This document shows positions 43,736-53,909 of a stretch of DNA of 64,000 nucleotides, one piece after another. Origin of the DNA: a virus. The DNA lies in IMG/VR virus record IMGVR_UViG_3300015371_000001, positions 64,001 to 128,000 of that record; one strand, 5' to 3'. The notes beneath the pieces are model-generated. The model ran no database searches. It worked only from the letters and a program-made list of their open reading frames with translations, and had not been told where the DNA came from. Both the position numbers and the translations under genes were made by a program. Every line of letters starts with the position of its first letter. The first letter of the stretch is position 1.

Positions 43736-44479
43736 GTGGCGAACCCGACCTTCAGCAACCTCACCTCTGGTACCGACAACGTTGACCGCGCGACGTACAC
43801 CACGGCATCGGTTTCGCCGACGGCCAACCGGCTGATCTTCGTCTCGATCAGCGCCTTTGACACGTCTACGACGACGCCAGGCACACCGGCTGTCACCGGC
43901 AACGGCATCACTTACGACTTGGTCGAAGATTGTCTCGTGGACGTGGCTGGATCAGACCGAGCCGGTGCATGGATTTTCCGGGGGATGAGTGCGAGCCCTT
44001 CGAGCGGGACCATCTCCATTGCGTTCTCCGGTATCCCATCCGACGGCGTGCTCAACTGTTGTGTGTGGTCAGTGGATCAGTCGAGCAGTGACGTGGATAC
44101 TTCCGGCTCGAACGGCTCTGGCGCGATTGGCAACACAGCGTTTCAGGATGACGACGGCACCGGAACGTCGGCCACCGCGAGCATCACGATTGGAGCAAGT
44201 AACAGCGGGTTCGCGGCATGTGGTATCCAGGTTTCGACGCCTGGTACGACGGCACGGTCGTCTCCAGCTTGGACTGAGCTAGCTGACGTGGCGCTGAGTT
44301 CTACTGGATTGCAGACGCAGTACTACGCAGGTGGAGCGGACACGGCTGTCTCTGCTACACATGCGAGCGCTCGGTCTGGGATCATCGGAGTTGAGGTTAA
44401 GCAGGCAGTTGCGGCAGGCAACCCTCGGTCGATTTACCGACCGAATCGTGCTGCGGTAGAGCGAGCGAGTAGGTGGTGA
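43736..44479 (+). CDS. virion structural protein
   Basis: Ser/Thr/Gly-rich beta domain resembling those in 13720..18969. Confidence 0.65.
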   Translation: MANPTFSNLTSGTDNVDRATYTTASVSPTANRLIFVSISAFDTSTTTPGTPAVTGNGITYDLVEDCLVDVAGSDRAGAWIFRGMSASPSSGTISIAFSGIPSDGVLNCCVWSVDQSSSDVDTSGSNGSGAIGNTAFQDDDGTGTSATASITIGASNSGFAACGIQVSTPGTTARSSPAWTELADVALSSTGLQTQYYAGGADTAVSATHASARSGIIGVEVKQAVAAGNPRSIYRPNRAAVERASRW

Positions 44480-44482
44480 CAC

Positions 44483-47400
44483 ATGGCTCGTCTAGGACGT
44501 AGTCGACCGATCACCCCTCGTCTGATCGTTCCGAACAAGGCGCGACCGAACGGTTTTTGGTTCAGGGAGCGCTTCGAGGGTGGAGCGCCGTACGCCAACG
44601 AGACGATGATCTGGGGCGGCACTGCCAGCCACCCGTACACCACCACGGGCGGCACCGGAAGCACGTTCGATCTCAACCACACGGCTGATTTCGCGCTTGG
44701 TGACCGGTCCATCAAGATCACCACCAACGGCACCAATGCCAACACCTTCGTGCGGAAGCTCAACGGCACGGCGATGGACTTCACCAACCGGGTGCCGCGT
44801 ATCTGGATCAAGGTGGACACCAACGCCAACTTCCTGGACGGACAGTTGTGGTTGGGCTCCGGTGGTGCGTTGGCCAATGCCTACAAGTTCAAGTTCAGTC
44901 CGGATGACGCGGTTGTCCCGCAGTACTTCGGCGGTGAGTGGCAATCCATCACGTTTCCGTGGTCGTACGCGACAACGACAGGTACGCCGACGCGGAGCGC
45001 TTTGACAGACCTTAACTTCCAGATTTTCGACGGTAGCGCCGGAGTGTTGAACGTCTGGTGGGGTGGCATCTCCTCGATCCCCGATACCACGGTGCCGTAC
45101 CCCAACGGCGTGGTGAGTTTCACCTTCGATGACGGCTTCGCATCTACCACCAATGAGGCCGCGAGCTACATGGACCCCAAGCACATGCGGGGCACCTGTT
45201 TCATCATCGATGACGTGCTGGGGACCGGCGTCTACATGACGACTAGCCAGGTGCAGGCGCTTGAGAGTACCTACGGGTGGGAGATCGGTCTGCACTCACA
45301 TACGGCGGCGGATCACAATGCCGGTGGCGGTCTCACATCATTGACCGAAGCTCAGCTACGCGCCAACATGGCGGCGAACCGAGCGAACCTGCTCTCGCTG
45401 GGGATCAAAGATCCGGTGTCGATGGCGTGGCCACAGGGGCTCACGAATGTGGCGACCGGCAACGTCATGAAGGACATCGTCTCCGGCGTCGCACGGACGA
45501 CGAAAGGTGCGCACACCAACACCTTCCCGCCGTACGACCGTGTCAGAGCGTATTCGCGTGCTGTCGATGCCTCTGATTCGTCGTCCACGATCAACACGAT
45601 TATCGACAACGCAGTGACCAACAAGGATTGGTTGATTCTGCTGTTCCATGACATCGTGTCGTCGGGAGCGACAGGGAACCAATGCAACCGGTCGACTTTC
45701 CGCGCCATTGTGGACCACGCGGAGACGGCTGGGATCGCGGTATTGCCGGTCAAAGAGGTCTACGACGGTCGGCCTCCTGGCCGGGACACCATCACGATCA
45801 GTAACACTGATTTCAACACGGTCACACAGAGCGATACGGCGCATGGCTCGTTGACGATGGACCCGGAGAACCGGGTGCATGGTCGGTTCGGAGCCAACGT
45901 CAAGGCAGATGCCACCGGCTCTCAGATCACGATGGAGCGGACCTTCCCGACCGGGAGCATTTACGTTCGCTTCTATCTCACGATTGGTGATGACACCACG
46001 ACGGCCACCATCGTGAGATGTCGAGCTTCGCCGACGACCAACGTGTGTGGACTTCGCCGCCGTAGTGACGGGGTGGGTAACACCTCTATCGAGCTACGTA
46101 ACGGTACGACGAACACCGGTACGAAAACGACCGCTCTTGGGGTTGATACTCCAGCCCGGATTGAGTGGTTCGTTGATGCAGTGAACAACACGCAGACGCT
46201 CAGGCTCTACAAGGGTGCGAACGTCGAAGGTACGACGTTCGATGAGGAGATCACTGACGCGACGGCGACGAATGATCCGAACATCCTCCAGTTCGGTACG
46301 CCGAACACCGTTGAGACCACTGCTGACGATTCGTGGGATGACATCGCGCTCGACACAGCAGGGTGGATTGGTCCTCTTGCGTACGAGCTAACACCTCCGG
46401 TTGAGGGCGTTGCTCCTCTGACGGCGACTTCGAACCTGGTGACAGCAGCTTCGGTCACTGAGGTGGCGACGGCTACGTTGGCTGCGACCTCCAACTTGGT
46501 GACAGCCGGAACGGTGACGACTCCGTACCCGGCTGTGCTGGGAGCTAACGGTCAGTTTGATGAGGCTGAGACTCAAGCCTTCATGGGTGTCCTTCAGGAC
46601 TCCAATGGCAACCTCTACCGAGTCCTTGAATCCACGTTGGCGGATAACAACCAGCCCAGGATGATGAAGTCCACCGATGAGGGCTTGACCTGGACCGAGC
46701 AGGATGCTGCGAACCGGCCAGGTACGAGTGCTGGCGTGATCTGTGACCTGGAGTCCGGCCATGTGACGTGGGACCACGTCGACAAGACGATCACCTTTAC
46801 CTGGCAGCGGTCCGGCAATGTGGCGTACTCGAAGTTCAAGACTTCGGATGCCGCGAGCAACCCGGACACCTGGACCTCCAACGTCCGAGAGCTTCACACC
46901 ACGGTGACGGCAGCGGCTCCGCAGTACACGTCGCATACTTCACCGCAGGACCAGGCGTACGAGTGGTTGTTCTGGGGATCGAACACTCCCAAGCCGCAGT
47001 TCCGGAGCCGGACCAACTCCTCTACGTTGGGCTCGGTCACCGATGTCGATTCGACCGGGGTCAACCCGTCGGCGGTGCTTTTGCCGAACGAGCACGACAC
47101 CATGATCATCTACGAGAAGTCGAACCAGGTTCACTACAAGAAGCTGACCTCGTCCGGCACGCTCGACTCAAGTTCCACCCGTGTCGATGCCTCCGGGTTG
47201 CAGACTGGTAGCTCAGGTGCGGTTGTGGCGTACGCCGCTCCGGTGGCGTACCTCGGACCGAACGGCACCGATGTGGTGGTCTCGGTGCTGTTCATCGACG
47301 TGAACGGCGACTTGCGGTCGGTGGACATCGTCAATGGGACCCCCGGCTCTGAGTCGGTGGTGACGACGAACAACCCGGCAGCCGATGTGGGCACGACCAC

Positions 47401-49234
47401 GTCTCTGCAAGGTGTGATCGCACTCGCCGTTCACGGCACCACGCTCCATGCGGTGTGGGCAGACGGCACGAGTTACGACGTACTCCACGCCAGCAAGCCG
47501 TACGGCCAGTCGTGGAGCGGCACTGACACGCTCTACAACACAGCGGGCGGCGAGGACGTTGATTGGGTGTCGGCTGCGGTCGTGACGCACAGCGGTCAGA
47601 CGTACTTGGGCTACACCTACTACGTCGGGCCGTTCACCGAGGATGCTGGTACCACGTACTACAACCGGCTTTCGCTGGTCTCGAACATTGCCGGTTCCGC
47701 CACGCTGGCGGCGACTTCGAACCTGACGACGACTGCGTTGGTCACCGAGGTGGCCGCTGCCACGTTGGCCGCGACCAGCAACTTGGTGCCGACAGCGTTG
47801 GTCACCGAGCTTGCAGCGGCGACGCTGGCGTCCACATCGAACCTGGTCTCTGTCCCAAGCATCACGACAGTTGCGGTTGCTTCACTTCCGGCGACTTCGA
47901 ACCTGGTGACCGTACCGAGTGTGACGGTGTTCGTCATCGCCAACTTGGACTCGACGGCGGACCTGGTGACGACAGCGTTGGTCACCGAAATCGCGTCGGC
48001 GACGCTGGCGGCTACGTCGAACCTTTCGACAACGGCGGTCCTGACGGTCCCGGCCACGGCCACGTTGGCGGCGACCTCCAACTTGGTGACAACGGCGTTG
48101 GTCACCGAGGTGGCCACCGCCACGTTGGCAGCCACCTCGGACCTGGTCACGAGTGCCGCTGGAGCAGTATCCGGCACGGCGGATCTGGCAGCTACGTCGG
48201 ATTTGACTACGACTGGAACGGTGTCGCGCGAAGGCGCAGCGACGCTGGCAGCTACGTCTGATCTCACGACAGCGGCGGTCCTAACGGTCCCGGCCACGGC
48301 CACGCTGGCTGCGACTTCGGACCTTGTGACTGCTAGCATTGTCACAGCGGTGGCCTCGGTAACCATTCCAGCTACTTCGAACCTCTCGGTGACAGCGGTT
48401 CCTACGGTTCTGGCGTCGGCGACGTTGGCGGCGACCTCTGATTTGGTGACGGCAGCGACGCTCACCAGACTCGGTACGGCCACGCTGGCAGCCGTCTCAG
48501 ACCTGTTTGCAGAGGTGCAGGGTGAGGTCGGTGGCACAGCCACCTTGGCGGCTACCTCAGATCTCTCAGTGGTTGCAGAGCCGTTGGACATTCAGGCGAC
48601 GGTTGATCTCGATTCGGCTTCGGATCTGTCCACGGGCGGCGAGGTCATCAAGCTTGCCGATCTATTCATCTCGGCGCTATCGGACCTCACCATCACATCT
48701 GAGGTCGAAGTTTTTGCCGACATGGATCTGGCAGCTTCATCGGATCTGGTGACCGAAGCTGAGGTTGGAGGTCTGGCTGACGCTACAGCCGCACTGACGG
48801 CGACTTCGAACCTGGTGATTGGTGGAGTCGTCACCAAGCTCGGTGTCGTGTTCATGCAGGGCCAGCACCATCTGTCGGCGGTGCCACAGGTCGCCACGGT
48901 CCAAGCGGTGGCGTTTATCCCGGCAGTGTCCGACATGACCACGGTGGCATTCCGTGGTCAGTTCGCCACGGCGGCGATGCAGCAGACCTCGGACCTGACG
49001 ACGCACGCCTTCGAGCCGAAGTTTGGCATCGCCTCGATGGTGGCCATCTCGTACTTGCTCATCGGCGAACCCACTCTCGCTGTGGTGCGGATGCATCAGT
49101 ACTCCTGGCTCCACGCCACGGCGGAGGAGCCATTCGGCAACGTTCATCCGAGCGCTGTTCTAACCGCTAGAAGATGGAGGGCGGGTCTTGCTGTGTCGCA
49201 TGGACGAACCCGCTGGCGGGCCACACTCGACTAG
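44483..49234 (+). CDS. large fibre-like protein: CE4 polysaccharide deacetylase, Asp-box/propeller-like region, 20-aa repeat stalk
   Basis: SFTFDDG, EIGLHSHT..H, AWPQG, LLFHDI (NodB motifs); KSTDEGLTW Asp-box; ATLAATS(N/D)L repeats. Confidence 0.85.
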   Translation: MARLGRSRPITPRLIVPNKARPNGFWFRERFEGGAPYANETMIWGGTASHPYTTTGGTGSTFDLNHTADFALGDRSIKITTNGTNANTFVRKLNGTAMDFTNRVPRIWIKVDTNANFLDGQLWLGSGGALANAYKFKFSPDDAVVPQYFGGEWQSITFPWSYATTTGTPTRSALTDLNFQIFDGSAGVLNVWWGGISSIPDTTVPYPNGVVSFTFDDGFASTTNEAASYMDPKHMRGTCFIIDDVLGTGVYMTTSQVQALESTYGWEIGLHSHTAADHNAGGGLTSLTEAQLRANMAANRANLLSLGIKDPVSMAWPQGLTNVATGNVMKDIVSGVARTTKGAHTNTFPPYDRVRAYSRAVDASDSSSTINTIIDNAVTNKDWLILLFHDIVSSGATGNQCNRSTFRAIVDHAETAGIAVLPVKEVYDGRPPGRDTITISNTDFNTVTQSDTAHGSLTMDPENRVHGRFGANVKADATGSQITMERTFPTGSIYVRFYLTIGDDTTTATIVRCRASPTTNVCGLRRRSDGVGNTSIELRNGTTNTGTKTTALGVDTPARIEWFVDAVNNTQTLRLYKGANVEGTTFDEEITDATATNDPNILQFGTPNTVETTADDSWDDIALDTAGWIGPLAYELTPPVEGVAPLTATSNLVTAASVTEVATATLAATSNLVTAGTVTTPYPAVLGANGQFDEAETQAFMGVLQDSNGNLYRVLESTLADNNQPRMMKSTDEGLTWTEQDAANRPGTSAGVICDLESGHVTWDHVDKTITFTWQRSGNVAYSKFKTSDAASNPDTWTSNVRELHTTVTAAAPQYTSHTSPQDQAYEWLFWGSNTPKPQFRSRTNSSTLGSVTDVDSTGVNPSAVLLPNEHDTMIIYEKSNQVHYKKLTSSGTLDSSSTRVDASGLQTGSSGAVVAYAAPVAYLGPNGTDVVVSVLFIDVNGDLRSVDIVNGTPGSESVVTTNNPAADVGTTTSLQGVIALAVHGTTLHAVWADGTSYDVLHASKPYGQSWSGTDTLYNTAGGEDVDWVSAAVVTHSGQTYLGYTYYVGPFTEDAGTTYYNRLSLVSNIAGSATLAATSNLTTTALVTEVAAATLAATSNLVPTALVTELAAATLASTSNLVSVPSITTVAVASLPATSNLVTVPSVTVFVIANLDSTADLVTTALVTEIASATLAATSNLSTTAVLTVPATATLAATSNLVTTALVTEVATATLAATSDLVTSAAGAVSGTADLAATSDLTTTGTVSREGAATLAATSDLTTAAVLTVPATATLAATSDLVTASIVTAVASVTIPATSNLSVTAVPTVLASATLAATSDLVTAATLTRLGTATLAAVSDLFAEVQGEVGGTATLAATSDLSVVAEPLDIQATVDLDSASDLSTGGEVIKLADLFISALSDLTITSEVEVFADMDLAASSDLVTEAEVGGLADATAALTATSNLVIGGVVTKLGVVFMQGQHHLSAVPQVATVQAVAFIPAVSDMTTVAFRGQFATAAMQQTSDLTTHAFEPKFGIASMVAISYLLIGEPTLAVVRMHQYSWLHATAEEPFGNVHPSAVLTARRWRAGLAVSHGRTRWRATLD
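47698..49060 (+). repeat. 60-bp (20-aa) tandem coding repeat, >20 degenerate copies
   Basis: cacg(c/t)tggc.gc.ac.tc..ac(c/t)tg recurs at an exact 60-nt period from 47701 to 48541 and decays after; two more copies near 46410-46520. Confidence 0.9.
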
Positions 49235-49243
49235 GAGGACGAC

Positions 49244-49558
49244 GTGCCGATCTCAGACACGTACCCAAGAGAGACACGGGAGTTTGTCGGGGTGCTTGTG
49301 TTCATGGACGAAACAGCCTTCGTCCCCACGAAGTTGCAAGTGGTCCGGAGGTTCGATAGGCCCGCCGACGCGGACTGGCTAGACCCTCAGCAGATCGCTG
49401 GTCCCGACGAGTCGACGGACTATGGCTTCTACCTGGACGACCCGTGGCTGCCTGACTCAGATCCGGACCGGGTCGGTACCTGGTCGGTTTGGGCCAAGGC
49501 TGATGTGCCTGCTGAGGGCTCCGTCGTGATGCTCGCTGGCAGGTTCACGTTGACCTAG
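49244..49558 (+). CDS. small virion protein
   Basis: YPRETREFV...GTW.VWAK..P.E...AG pattern typical of genes following fibres. Confidence 0.6.
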   Translation: MPISDTYPRETREFVGVLVFMDETAFVPTKLQVVRRFDRPADADWLDPQQIAGPDESTDYGFYLDDPWLPDSDPDRVGTWSVWAKADVPAEGSVVMLAGRFTLT

Positions 49559-49705
49559 GGCAACTATGTGGTAAACCTGATGATGTGCCTCAGGAAGCCA
49601 AGATGGAAGTCCTTCAACCACCGAGCAAGTGGGGGAGCGGTTGTCCTCGTGTGATGGTCGTGCCGGTCGTACTCGCCGTGGCTCTGCTACTGATTCGGAG
49701 GCGTC

Positions 49706-49951
49706 GTGGCACTGCACGGTGAGGTCAAGATCAACGGCACCGACATCTACGAGTGGTCGGCGGTCCGACAGAGCCGCCGTGCGTATGGGCTCAACGAGTA
49801 CGAGTGGACCGTCTGGCGAGCAGGCACCGATGAACGCTGGACGGGGCGACTCAAGCATGAGTACGACGACGGGGCGTTGGTGCTGACGGCCAAGGTCATG
49901 CGAGCCGCGCAAAGAAAAATGACCAAGGTGTTGACCACCGACACCGGATAG
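49706..49951 (+). CDS. hypothetical protein
   Basis: RBS GGAGG; H.YDDGAL.L motif. Confidence 0.65.
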   Translation: MALHGEVKINGTDIYEWSAVRQSRRAYGLNEYEWTVWRAGTDERWTGRLKHEYDDGALVLTAKVMRAAQRKMTKVLTTDTG

Positions 49952-49959
49952 GTTACCTT
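49931..49959 (+). promoter_or_regulatory. sigma-70/HrdB-type promoter candidate
   Basis: TTGACC-N17-TACCTT upstream of the 50001 gene cluster. Confidence 0.5.
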
Positions 49960-50000
49960 CATCTCATAGACCTATTTGGCGAGCTTGGAGGCAGCCACCT

Positions 50001-50210
50001 ATGAGCATCATGGACACATTCCCTCAGTCGGCAGACGGACCGGATGAGGACGCCGTCCACAAGGCACGAGAACTGATCGCGAAGCACCTGTCAGCGGCGG
50101 TGATGGAGGCCATGCGTCTCCCGTACCCCGACAAGCCGGAGCAGGTGGCTGAGGAGATCACGACGGTCGTGCAGACGTTGGTCGTTTCGTGGAAGGGAGT
50201 GATCGTCTGA
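50001..50210 (+). CDS. hypothetical protein; best predicted target of the candidate sRNA
   Basis: RBS region 49978-49998 is complementary to 62048-62067. Confidence 0.7.
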   Translation: MSIMDTFPQSADGPDEDAVHKARELIAKHLSAAVMEAMRLPYPDKPEQVAEEITTVVQTLVVSWKGVIV

Positions 50211-50629
50211 TGAAGCTCAGCGAGCGCATTGAGCGCGACAAGATCACTGTCGATCTGGAGTACGGCGATCCGCCATCAACGCCCCTGCCGTGGCAGGACC
50301 ACAACGGTCGGCTGATCCCGACCATCGACTACGAGGTCACTTTGTTCCACGGTGACGAGTCGATGACCTTCGACTTCCACACCGGCATCGGCTGGGACCG
50401 CGAGCCGTCGGTCAGGGACATCCTGGACGCTCTGCTCTCCGACGCAGCGGGCATCGAGAACGCCGGGTGCTTCAGTGATTGGGCGTCGGAGTACGGCTAC
50501 GGGATCGATGACGACCCCGCTTCGGTCCGCGTGATCTACGACAAGTGCGAGGAGAGTGCCGAGAACCTACGGCGCGTCCTCGGTGACAAGTACGACGACT
50601 ACCTCTGGGAGACCGAGCACGACCGGTGA
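50210..50629 (+). CDS. hypothetical phage protein
   Basis: TGATG coupling; P...D.L..LLSDA...F.DWA.EYGY..D. Confidence 0.75.
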   Translation: MKLSERIERDKITVDLEYGDPPSTPLPWQDHNGRLIPTIDYEVTLFHGDESMTFDFHTGIGWDREPSVRDILDALLSDAAGIENAGCFSDWASEYGYGIDDDPASVRVIYDKCEESAENLRRVLGDKYDDYLWETEHDR

Positions 50630-50666
50630 GCAGTACGGAACTGCAAGAACTGAGTAGAAGGTAACC

Positions 50667-51041
50667 ATGCGTATGCGTCAAGAGACATTGCAGACCACGA
50701 TGGACAAGAGCGAACTACTCGCCATCATCGAGGCCAATCGGGACAACCACAACGAGGAGTTCGACCGCGCTGTCGAGGTGTACCGAGGTCGTGCCGTCGA
50801 TGAGTTGCAGCGGACGATCAAGCGGTTGGGCGACGGCGAGACGCTGGATCTCCACTTCACTTTGCCGAAGCCGGTCAACTACTCCAACGAGTACAACACC
50901 GTCATCGGGATGCTAAAGCATCACCAGGGCTCCAGCATCACGTTGGACTACGACGAGTACCAGCGGTTCGTGGAGAACAAGTGGGAGTGGTCAGCGCACT
51001 TCGCCGCCAACTCTCAGGTGTACCTCGCCGAATACGAGTGA
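50667..51041 (+). CDS. hypothetical phage protein
   Basis: K.ELL....NR..H...P..Y...Y...I.ML...F...V...W.W. Confidence 0.75.
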   Translation: MRMRQETLQTTMDKSELLAIIEANRDNHNEEFDRAVEVYRGRAVDELQRTIKRLGDGETLDLHFTLPKPVNYSNEYNTVIGMLKHHQGSSITLDYDEYQRFVENKWEWSAHFAANSQVYLAEYE

Positions 51042-51046
51042 GGCTG

Positions 51047-51304
51047 ATGGACTATCGAGCAGTCACCGTTTCCCCGTTCACCTTGGAGTGGAGCGGGGAA
51101 CGTGAGGTGTTCGAGGTCCGGTGCGCGCACTGTCCCGACTGGAAGCCGTCACTGATCTTTCATGACTACGCGGCGGAGCGCTTACGGGTTCAGCACATCG
51201 TGGACTGCCCGAACGCGGAGCCGGACGAGAAGGCTCAGGTCCGTGACTTCCTGCATCAAGAGCGCGTACTGCGCGAGGAGATCCTGGCCGAGAGGATGGA
51301 ATGA
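51047..51304 (+). CDS. hypothetical protein (CAHC...H...C)
   Basis: ORF chain. Confidence 0.6.
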   Translation: MDYRAVTVSPFTLEWSGEREVFEVRCAHCPDWKPSLIFHDYAAERLRVQHIVDCPNAEPDEKAQVRDFLHQERVLREEILAERME

Positions 51305-51549
51305 GCGAGGGCTACAAGTGCCCGGTCTGCGGCATGGTCTCCCATCACCCGATGGATCGAAAGTACGGGTGGTGCGCGTCCTGTAACGATTTCACTGGCG
51401 ACACCGATGGACAGTGGGAGGACTGTGTTCTCCCTTGCCGGTGTACCCACATCCGGCACCGGTCTCCGAATGGTGAGCTAGAGCATCGCGTCGACCGTTG
51501 GCAGGGCTTCCAGCCGCTCCGCGATGTTGACGATCAACAACGTCCTTGA
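51301..51549 (+). CDS. Zn-finger protein
   Basis: CPVCG..SHHP.D..YG.C..C. Confidence 0.7.
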   Translation: MSEGYKCPVCGMVSHHPMDRKYGWCASCNDFTGDTDGQWEDCVLPCRCTHIRHRSPNGELEHRVDRWQGFQPLRDVDDQQRP

Positions 51550-51830
51550 TACGATTGACTCACATGGTCAATTTGGAAAGGAACCACAGAGCCGTGGTTT
51601 ACCAGGAGGCAGTCACCACGTTGGAGCGGCTTGCTCGCTCCGGAGATCACGTCATGGTGCGCATCGAGGCGGAGGGCGTCGGGTCACTCGACCTGTTCGA
51701 TTCTCCGGTCGATGCCCATGACGGGCTGATCGGACTCAAGTCCGCTCACGATGCGCTCGACGCGCATGGCGGACACCTCACGCACGTCAGTGTCCGGAGG
51801 GACGAGACGGGCTTGGGGATCACTCACTAG
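51546..51830 (+). CDS. hypothetical protein (alternative start TTG 51621 behind a GGAGGCAG site)
   Basis: ORF chain. Confidence 0.5.
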   Translation: MIRLTHMVNLERNHRAVVYQEAVTTLERLARSGDHVMVRIEAEGVGSLDLFDSPVDAHDGLIGLKSAHDALDAHGGHLTHVSVRRDETGLGITH

Positions 51831-51847
51831 AACAGGATGCGAGCTAC

Positions 51848-52123
51848 ATGAAGAACTACGAGGGCGTCGCCGATGACTGGAACTCGATCCGGCTCGGCAC
51901 GCTCAGAGCATGGGCGCAGACAGAGGAGACCGTCCGCGTCCGTTACGCCAGCCCCAAGATTTTTGAGGAGGAGCGCACCGGTCCGATGACCGCACAGGAC
52001 GCTCTGACCTTTGCGTGGGGCGTCGTCAATGACGGTGGCGTACTGACCGGCATCGAGCGGGTCCGTACTGCGGACCTGGAAGCGCTGGAGGCAGTGTTGC
52101 GGGAGCAGGTGGCTGATGGCTGA
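51848..52123 (+). CDS. hypothetical protein
   Basis: ORF chain. Confidence 0.6.
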   Translation: MKNYEGVADDWNSIRLGTLRAWAQTEETVRVRYASPKIFEEERTGPMTAQDALTFAWGVVNDGGVLTGIERVRTADLEALEAVLREQVADG

Positions 52124-52727
52124 CACTACTCTGCAAGTTCCTACGCACTCAGAGATTGAGAAGGTCCTGGGTGACTTCGACCGGTGGTCTCATAATTGTC
52201 ACTCGGCGTCGCTCCACCTCGTGCAGTCCGGCATCTTCGGACCCGAGGCAAGAGTCGCCCGAGGTTCCGCAATCGGCGTCATCGGCCAGCATTCTTGGCT
52301 GGTCGTTGGAGATCCGTACGACGAGGACGCGCCCATCGTGGACGTGACTCTCTGGAGCTACGACGACAACCAGCCGAAGATCTGGCGCGGCACCCTGCGG
52401 GATGGTGTTCACCGTCCCCAAGGCTCCGGGTCGATCTGGTTGATCGGTGGCCCACCACCGGACCCGGAGGGCGAGATCATCGAGCTACAGCCACCTGAGG
52501 ACGGTTGGTCCTTCGGTGCGATTTCCTGGCTCGACATGATTGGTCCTCTGGACCTGCGTGGCTGGCATCACTTGTTCAACGGTCCCGTGGAGGGTTGGCC
52601 CGCACGGGAGATCATCACTCAGGCCGCGTCTGACAAGCGGCTCAAGGCGCTCATCCCCATTGACATCTTGGGGATGGTCACCGATCTTGACCCTTCGGGG
52701 TTGTACCTAGGAGGCAGCACAGAATGA
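52116..52727 (+). CDS. hypothetical protein with C..H..D residues (possible transglutaminase-like fold)
   Basis: NCH.AS...QHSW....IVD.T order of putative catalytic residues. Confidence 0.5.
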   Translation: MADTTLQVPTHSEIEKVLGDFDRWSHNCHSASLHLVQSGIFGPEARVARGSAIGVIGQHSWLVVGDPYDEDAPIVDVTLWSYDDNQPKIWRGTLRDGVHRPQGSGSIWLIGGPPPDPEGEIIELQPPEDGWSFGAISWLDMIGPLDLRGWHHLFNGPVEGWPAREIITQAASDKRLKALIPIDILGMVTDLDPSGLYLGGSTE

Positions 52728-53305
52728 GCTACAGCAACAGCAAGCTGCTGAACGACCTTCGGTCGCAGCTATACCGCCATGAAGGTGGCACCATTCCGGC
52801 GACGTTGATCAACGACTTCGAGCGCGAAGCTCGGCTTGAGGGTCGTCGGCAGATGACTCGCGAGAACGGCTTCACTCACGGACAACGGTTCTCTCTGCCA
52901 GAGATCGCCGAGGTGATTCGGGACGCGGCGAAGCGGAGGTACCACGGCTCCGACAACCGACGCGAGGGCATGTTCGCTGCGATCAACACCTTGCACGACG
53001 AGTTGGAGCTACCGCGCGCATCCTCTCGCATCCGTGGGCACGATGACCGCTGGAACACCACGTCGCTCGCGCTCGACCTGCGGGATGTCCCTCGGGTCGG
53101 CGACCTTCGGGACCGGGCATACGCGGAGATCGAGCGTCAGTTCGTCGGTCAGGACTACACGATCCTGAGCTTGGAGCAGGACGGCAGCGCTTATCAGGGC
53201 TACAGCGGGAACAAGTACTGGAGCGCTCGCTTCACGGCCAAGGTCCGGCACTCTCGCTACGACAGTTCCGGTCGCGCTACCAACCTTGTTGATCAGGCGA
53301 CATGA
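52724..53305 (+). CDS. hypothetical protein
   Basis: GGAGGCAGC RBS. Confidence 0.7.
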   Translation: MSYSNSKLLNDLRSQLYRHEGGTIPATLINDFEREARLEGRRQMTRENGFTHGQRFSLPEIAEVIRDAAKRRYHGSDNRREGMFAAINTLHDELELPRASSRIRGHDDRWNTTSLALDLRDVPRVGDLRDRAYAEIERQFVGQDYTILSLEQDGSAYQGYSGNKYWSARFTAKVRHSRYDSSGRATNLVDQAT

Positions 53306-53709
53306 GTGTTCAGATCAGCGTTCAGTTCGATCCGTCGACTGACGACATCAGCGATGTGATGGGTCAGGTCCGGGCTGCGTATGAGGCATATGGCTCCGCG
53401 CACGTCTCTGGTGACCTGGCTCGTCGCCAAGAGGCGATCTACGCCAGGCGCGATCAGGACAACACCAAGGAGGACATCGAGGACCGTATCCGAACGTGGA
53501 CTGCCTCGTTGATCCATGAGACCAGTCTGGCTGCGGTCGCTCAGCAAGCCGGTCTGACTCGTCTCACGGTGGAGAAGTTCATTAACCGAGAGACGGTGCC
53601 GCACATCAACACCCTGGGCAAGCTCGACAACCTCATCTATGCCTGGGAGAACGGTGCTCTGACCCTCAAGGGGAAGGACATCTTCAGGAAGGGCTCGGTC
53701 CGACCGTGA
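53302..53709 (+). CDS. protein with C-terminal XRE-like HTH
   Basis: SLAAVAQQAGLTRLTVEKFINRET.PH..TL.KL. Confidence 0.6.
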   Translation: MSVQISVQFDPSTDDISDVMGQVRAAYEAYGSAHVSGDLARRQEAIYARRDQDNTKEDIEDRIRTWTASLIHETSLAAVAQQAGLTRLTVEKFINRETVPHINTLGKLDNLIYAWENGALTLKGKDIFRKGSVRP

Positions 53710-53906
53710 CCCTGCACAACAACGATCTGGTCATCAACAACGAGGAGTGCCCCAAGTGTCACTCCGAGGAGGAGAAGCCGTGCGTCAAGTTGACGCGACG
53801 TGGAGTCCGCACCGTGATTCCACTGCGGCGATCCCACCCAGAGCGGGTGCTGAAGGCGATTGACGACGGCTACCTGCCGATGGGTGCAACAGTCGAGGAG
53901 GACTAG
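53706..53906 (+). CDS. small Zn-finger protein
   Basis: CPKC......C...SHPER. Confidence 0.65.
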   Translation: MTLHNNDLVINNEECPKCHSEEEKPCVKLTRRGVRTVIPLRRSHPERVLKAIDDGYLPMGATVEED

Positions 53907-53909
53907 GAG

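Noticed and set aside
47698-49060. Regular 60-bp periodicity resembling a CRISPR array or DGR repeat
   Set aside because: It is an in-frame degenerate protein repeat with codon-position variation, no unique spacers, and no cas or reverse transcriptase gene.
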